Shown: in pieces, positions 61,889 through 64,000 of the stretch
How positions within the stretch are numbered: the stretch's first letter is position 1
How the letters are laid out: each line of letters begins with the position of its first letter
Virus record (IMG/VR): IMGVR_UViG_3300010965_000002
Location: 64,001-128,000 of that record
Source of the DNA: a virus
Reading direction: 5' to 3' (one strand)
Length of the DNA: 64,000 nucleotides
Made by a program: the position numbers and the translations under genes
Notes under the pieces: model-generated
The model's input: the letters and a program-made list of their open reading frames with translations, nothing else
Told to the model about the DNA's origin: nothing
The model's database searches: none

Positions 61889-62446
61889 TTAGACTGTCCC
61901 GGCATATACATGTTGCAGCAACAAAGTGCTGTCTTCATTAGCTAAATTAGCTGCGACGTAAGCCCACCATGCGGCGGTAGGTACATCACGTTCGGTGTAG
62001 ATTTCACCTGGAGCGACAGGGATTAAGCTGTTTGCTTCGGTGACGGCGTTACCGCCTAGCCAAACGGTTTGTGTGCCTATGTTCTTAACGCGCAGCACTC
62101 TGCGACGACGATCACTACCCGCAATCTGAACACGCGTACCCATCGCAACCACAATCGGAGCACCCTCAGCCAGCGCATTGCTCTCTGGTGTAATGGTGCC
62201 TGAACCAATCAGTCGCACTGGAAGTGGTAGCTGACACGGGTCAAGAACGAAGATGGATTTCAGACCAGGGATTGCGTCACCCGGGTCTGGTTTGATAAGC
62301 AGCTTACCTTGACGCCAGCCACTGAGGATGTCGTTTGTCAGACGATACACCGTGACTGCCTTTTGCTGATCGAGCGTGGTATCGTCAAAAGCAACTCGAC
62401 CTGTCGAGGTGTTTGTAACTGTCCACTCGTAAATACGATTACTCAT
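61889..62446 (-). CDS. hypothetical structural protein (185 aa)
   Basis: RRVLRVKNIGTQTVWLGG..PVAPGE beta-sandwich pattern common in virion proteins. Confidence 0.6.
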   Translation of the reverse strand: MSNRIYEWTVTNTSTGRVAFDDTTLDQQKAVTVYRLTNDILSGWRQGKLLIKPDPGDAIPGLKSIFVLDPCQLPLPVRLIGSGTITPESNALAEGAPIVVAMGTRVQIAGSDRRRRVLRVKNIGTQTVWLGGNAVTEANSLIPVAPGEIYTERDVPTAAWWAYVAANLANEDSTLLLQHVYAGTV

Positions 62447-62847
62447 TATGGCACCTTCACGTTAACACAGTTGTCCGTTCCCGCAAAGGGCACAGCCGGA
62501 GCATTGATGCTACGTTCAAATCGGTCAATTGCATGAGGACTTGACGAAGACTTAATGTCGTTTGGAAGCCATTGCAGATTGGAAACTGCGTCACACCCGC
62601 CGCAAGCTAAAGGAATGACGTGGTTCATAGCCCATCCGGGACAAGCTCCAGTGTACAGTCCAGTTGAAGGACATTGATGTACTTTTCTGAACGCGTAAGT
62701 CACGTCTGTTCGACGAATAATCAAACCTATAGCTGTACGTCTAGGCGTGCCGCAGTATCGTACTTCTGTCAAGGCCGGGAGAGTTGTCATCTGTGACCAA
62801 GCAAGCTCAGTCACAAACAACGTCAGGAGCAGTAGCACTCTCAGCAT
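62446..62847 (-). CDS. HNH-fold protein with N-terminal signal peptide
   Basis: MLRVLLLLTLFVTELAWS; FRKVHQCPSTG..CPGWAMNHVIPLACGGCD..NLQWL. Confidence 0.75.
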   Translation of the reverse strand: MLRVLLLLTLFVTELAWSQMTTLPALTEVRYCGTPRRTAIGLIIRRTDVTYAFRKVHQCPSTGLYTGACPGWAMNHVIPLACGGCDAVSNLQWLPNDIKSSSSPHAIDRFERSINAPAVPFAGTDNCVNVKVP

Positions 62848-62848
62848 A

Positions 62849-64000
62849 CTACGCCTGCAACTTAGCTAAGAAGCTAGGTGGCCGAACACCTATGTCTTTG
62901 AACTTGTCATAGAATTCAACCATGACGCTCGGGTCAACATAATTCTTTGCCGCTGTGCTCCACACAGTAGTCTGGGCAACACCTATACCCTTAACGTGAC
63001 CAAGAATACGACCAACATTTGTCAGTGCAGCCTTGAACGCTTCGTCAACCATCTTCTGATTGAGACCTCGACGCGCTGCAAGTTTCTCAGCAGCTAAGTC
63101 CAATTCGGTACGGGCCAAACGTGTACCACGCAGATGCCGCAACTTGTGAGGACTGGCTTCGGGCACACCACTTACTTGACGGAAATACAGGCGCAGCTTG
63201 TTCGCATTGAACACAGTACCATCAAACTCCCACAGCAAGTCTTTGCGTTGTTTACCTTCGCACAGTGTGTCCAACAGTGCAATCACCTGACGCATGTGAA
63301 CCGTCTCAGGCTTCAACGTATGCTTTTGTTGCGCACTGTCTTTGCCAACGTAGTCAAGGATGATTGTGTTGCCTCGACGCTTCACGTTACCAACCAGCAA
63401 CGTTGTCAAACCAAAGGTCGCACCGTTTTTATTGGCGTTGTCCTTACCACCGACTCGCGCACAGGTTTCGTACACCAACTCACACTGCGCTGCAAGCACC
63501 TTGGTGTTGAAGTCTTTGCCAGCAAGATCACGACGCCAGGCTTTCACCATGCGTGCTTCCTTGGCAATCAGCTTGTCAACCAGGCCAAACTTGTGGGCTC
63601 GATTCAGCAGCAGCTTTGTGCCCGTGTAGAAATACTGTTCGTTGTTCTTGCCAGCAGCGTCTTTGGTAGGCAACACAGCTTTGAACACCCAGTTGCCGTT
63701 GCGTCCAGGGATAGCATCTTTCTTTGGGTCGTAAGCTGGATTCATGACGATCTTCGACGCTGGGTCGAGATTATTAACGTCACCGCCAGTGCCAGTCTTC
63801 AAAGCCTCACCATCGCTGGTCATCAAGGCTCCGTCTTCACCGACTTTACCGTTGAAGCCTTTTGGCAAGCGGTGAGGGATGCCACGACCATCAAGGTGCT
63901 TGCGTGCGTCAGCTATGTCCACAGCGCCGCCTTGGTCACGCACGAATTCACGAAGCTCTTGCTTGTAAACAACAGTGAGGGCCCGACGCACGCTCAGATA
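62849..64000 (-). CDS. type IB DNA topoisomerase (5'-truncated by window edge)
   Basis: Catalytic pentad pattern: ETCARVG (R), YVGKDS (K), HKLRHLRGT (R), ILGH (H), KNYVDP (Y); frame stays open to base 64000. Confidence 0.88.
   Translation of the reverse strand, partial: YLSVRRALTVVYKQELREFVRDQGGAVDIADARKHLDGRGIPHRLPKGFNGKVGEDGALMTSDGEALKTGTGGDVNNLDPASKIVMNPAYDPKKDAIPGRNGNWVFKAVLPTKDAAGKNNEQYFYTGTKLLLNRAHKFGLVDKLIAKEARMVKAWRRDLAGKDFNTKVLAAQCELVYETCARVGGKDNANKNGATFGLTTLLVGNVKRRGNTIILDYVGKDSAQQKHTLKPETVHMRQVIALLDTLCEGKQRKDLLWEFDGTVFNANKLRLYFRQVSGVPEASPHKLRHLRGTRLARTELDLAAEKLAARRGLNQKMVDEAFKAALTNVGRILGHVKGIGVAQTTVWSTAAKNYVDPSVMVEFYDKFKDIGVRPPSFLAKLQA

Noticed and set aside
1-64000. Stop-codon reassignment as seen in some jumbo phages
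   Set aside because: Recognisable genes are full length under the standard code, and TAG, TGA and TAA all terminate genes at sensible positions

Overview
A 64-kb segment of a large (jumbo-type) contractile-tailed myophage genome. Gene order is T4-like but highly diverged. The + strand (1-55162) carries a late morphogenesis operon: tail sheath, two tube-like proteins, a gp26/gp51-like hub assembly pair, two tape-measure-like proteins with different peptidoglycan hydrolase domains, gp48/gp53/gp27/gp5/gp25/gp6/gp7-like baseplate genes interrupted by an antisense HNH endonuclease, and many fibre/Ig-like virion proteins plus a glycosyltransferase. It runs without a strand switch into a 22-kb island of 32 tightly packed ORFs (33009-55162) dominated by tailoring enzymes: about 12 2OG-Fe(II)/cupin-fold oxygenases, 2 membrane desaturases, 4 SDRs, 2 clear and 3 possible GNATs, 2 PP-loop ATPases, a B12 radical SAM, a nitroreductase, a class III aminotransferase and a TOMM-type leader-binding (RRE/E1-like) protein. 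No YcaO, NRPS/PKS or DNA-metabolism gene is visible. Three virion proteins upstream end in synonymously diversified (P)PVG(T/S) repeats with the identical C-terminus PVGSPVG-stop. My leading hypothesis (inference, not shown) is a phage-encoded, RiPP-like system that post-translationally tailors virion fibres. A bidirectional terminator (55171-55210) separates this from a convergent - strand block: M15 peptidase, degenerate GH19, three Cys-protease-fold genes, two more fibre genes, a holin-like protein, a secreted-type HNH and a partial type IB topoisomerase. All family calls come from motif recognition by eye, not database searches. No tRNA, rRNA or CRISPR array was seen.
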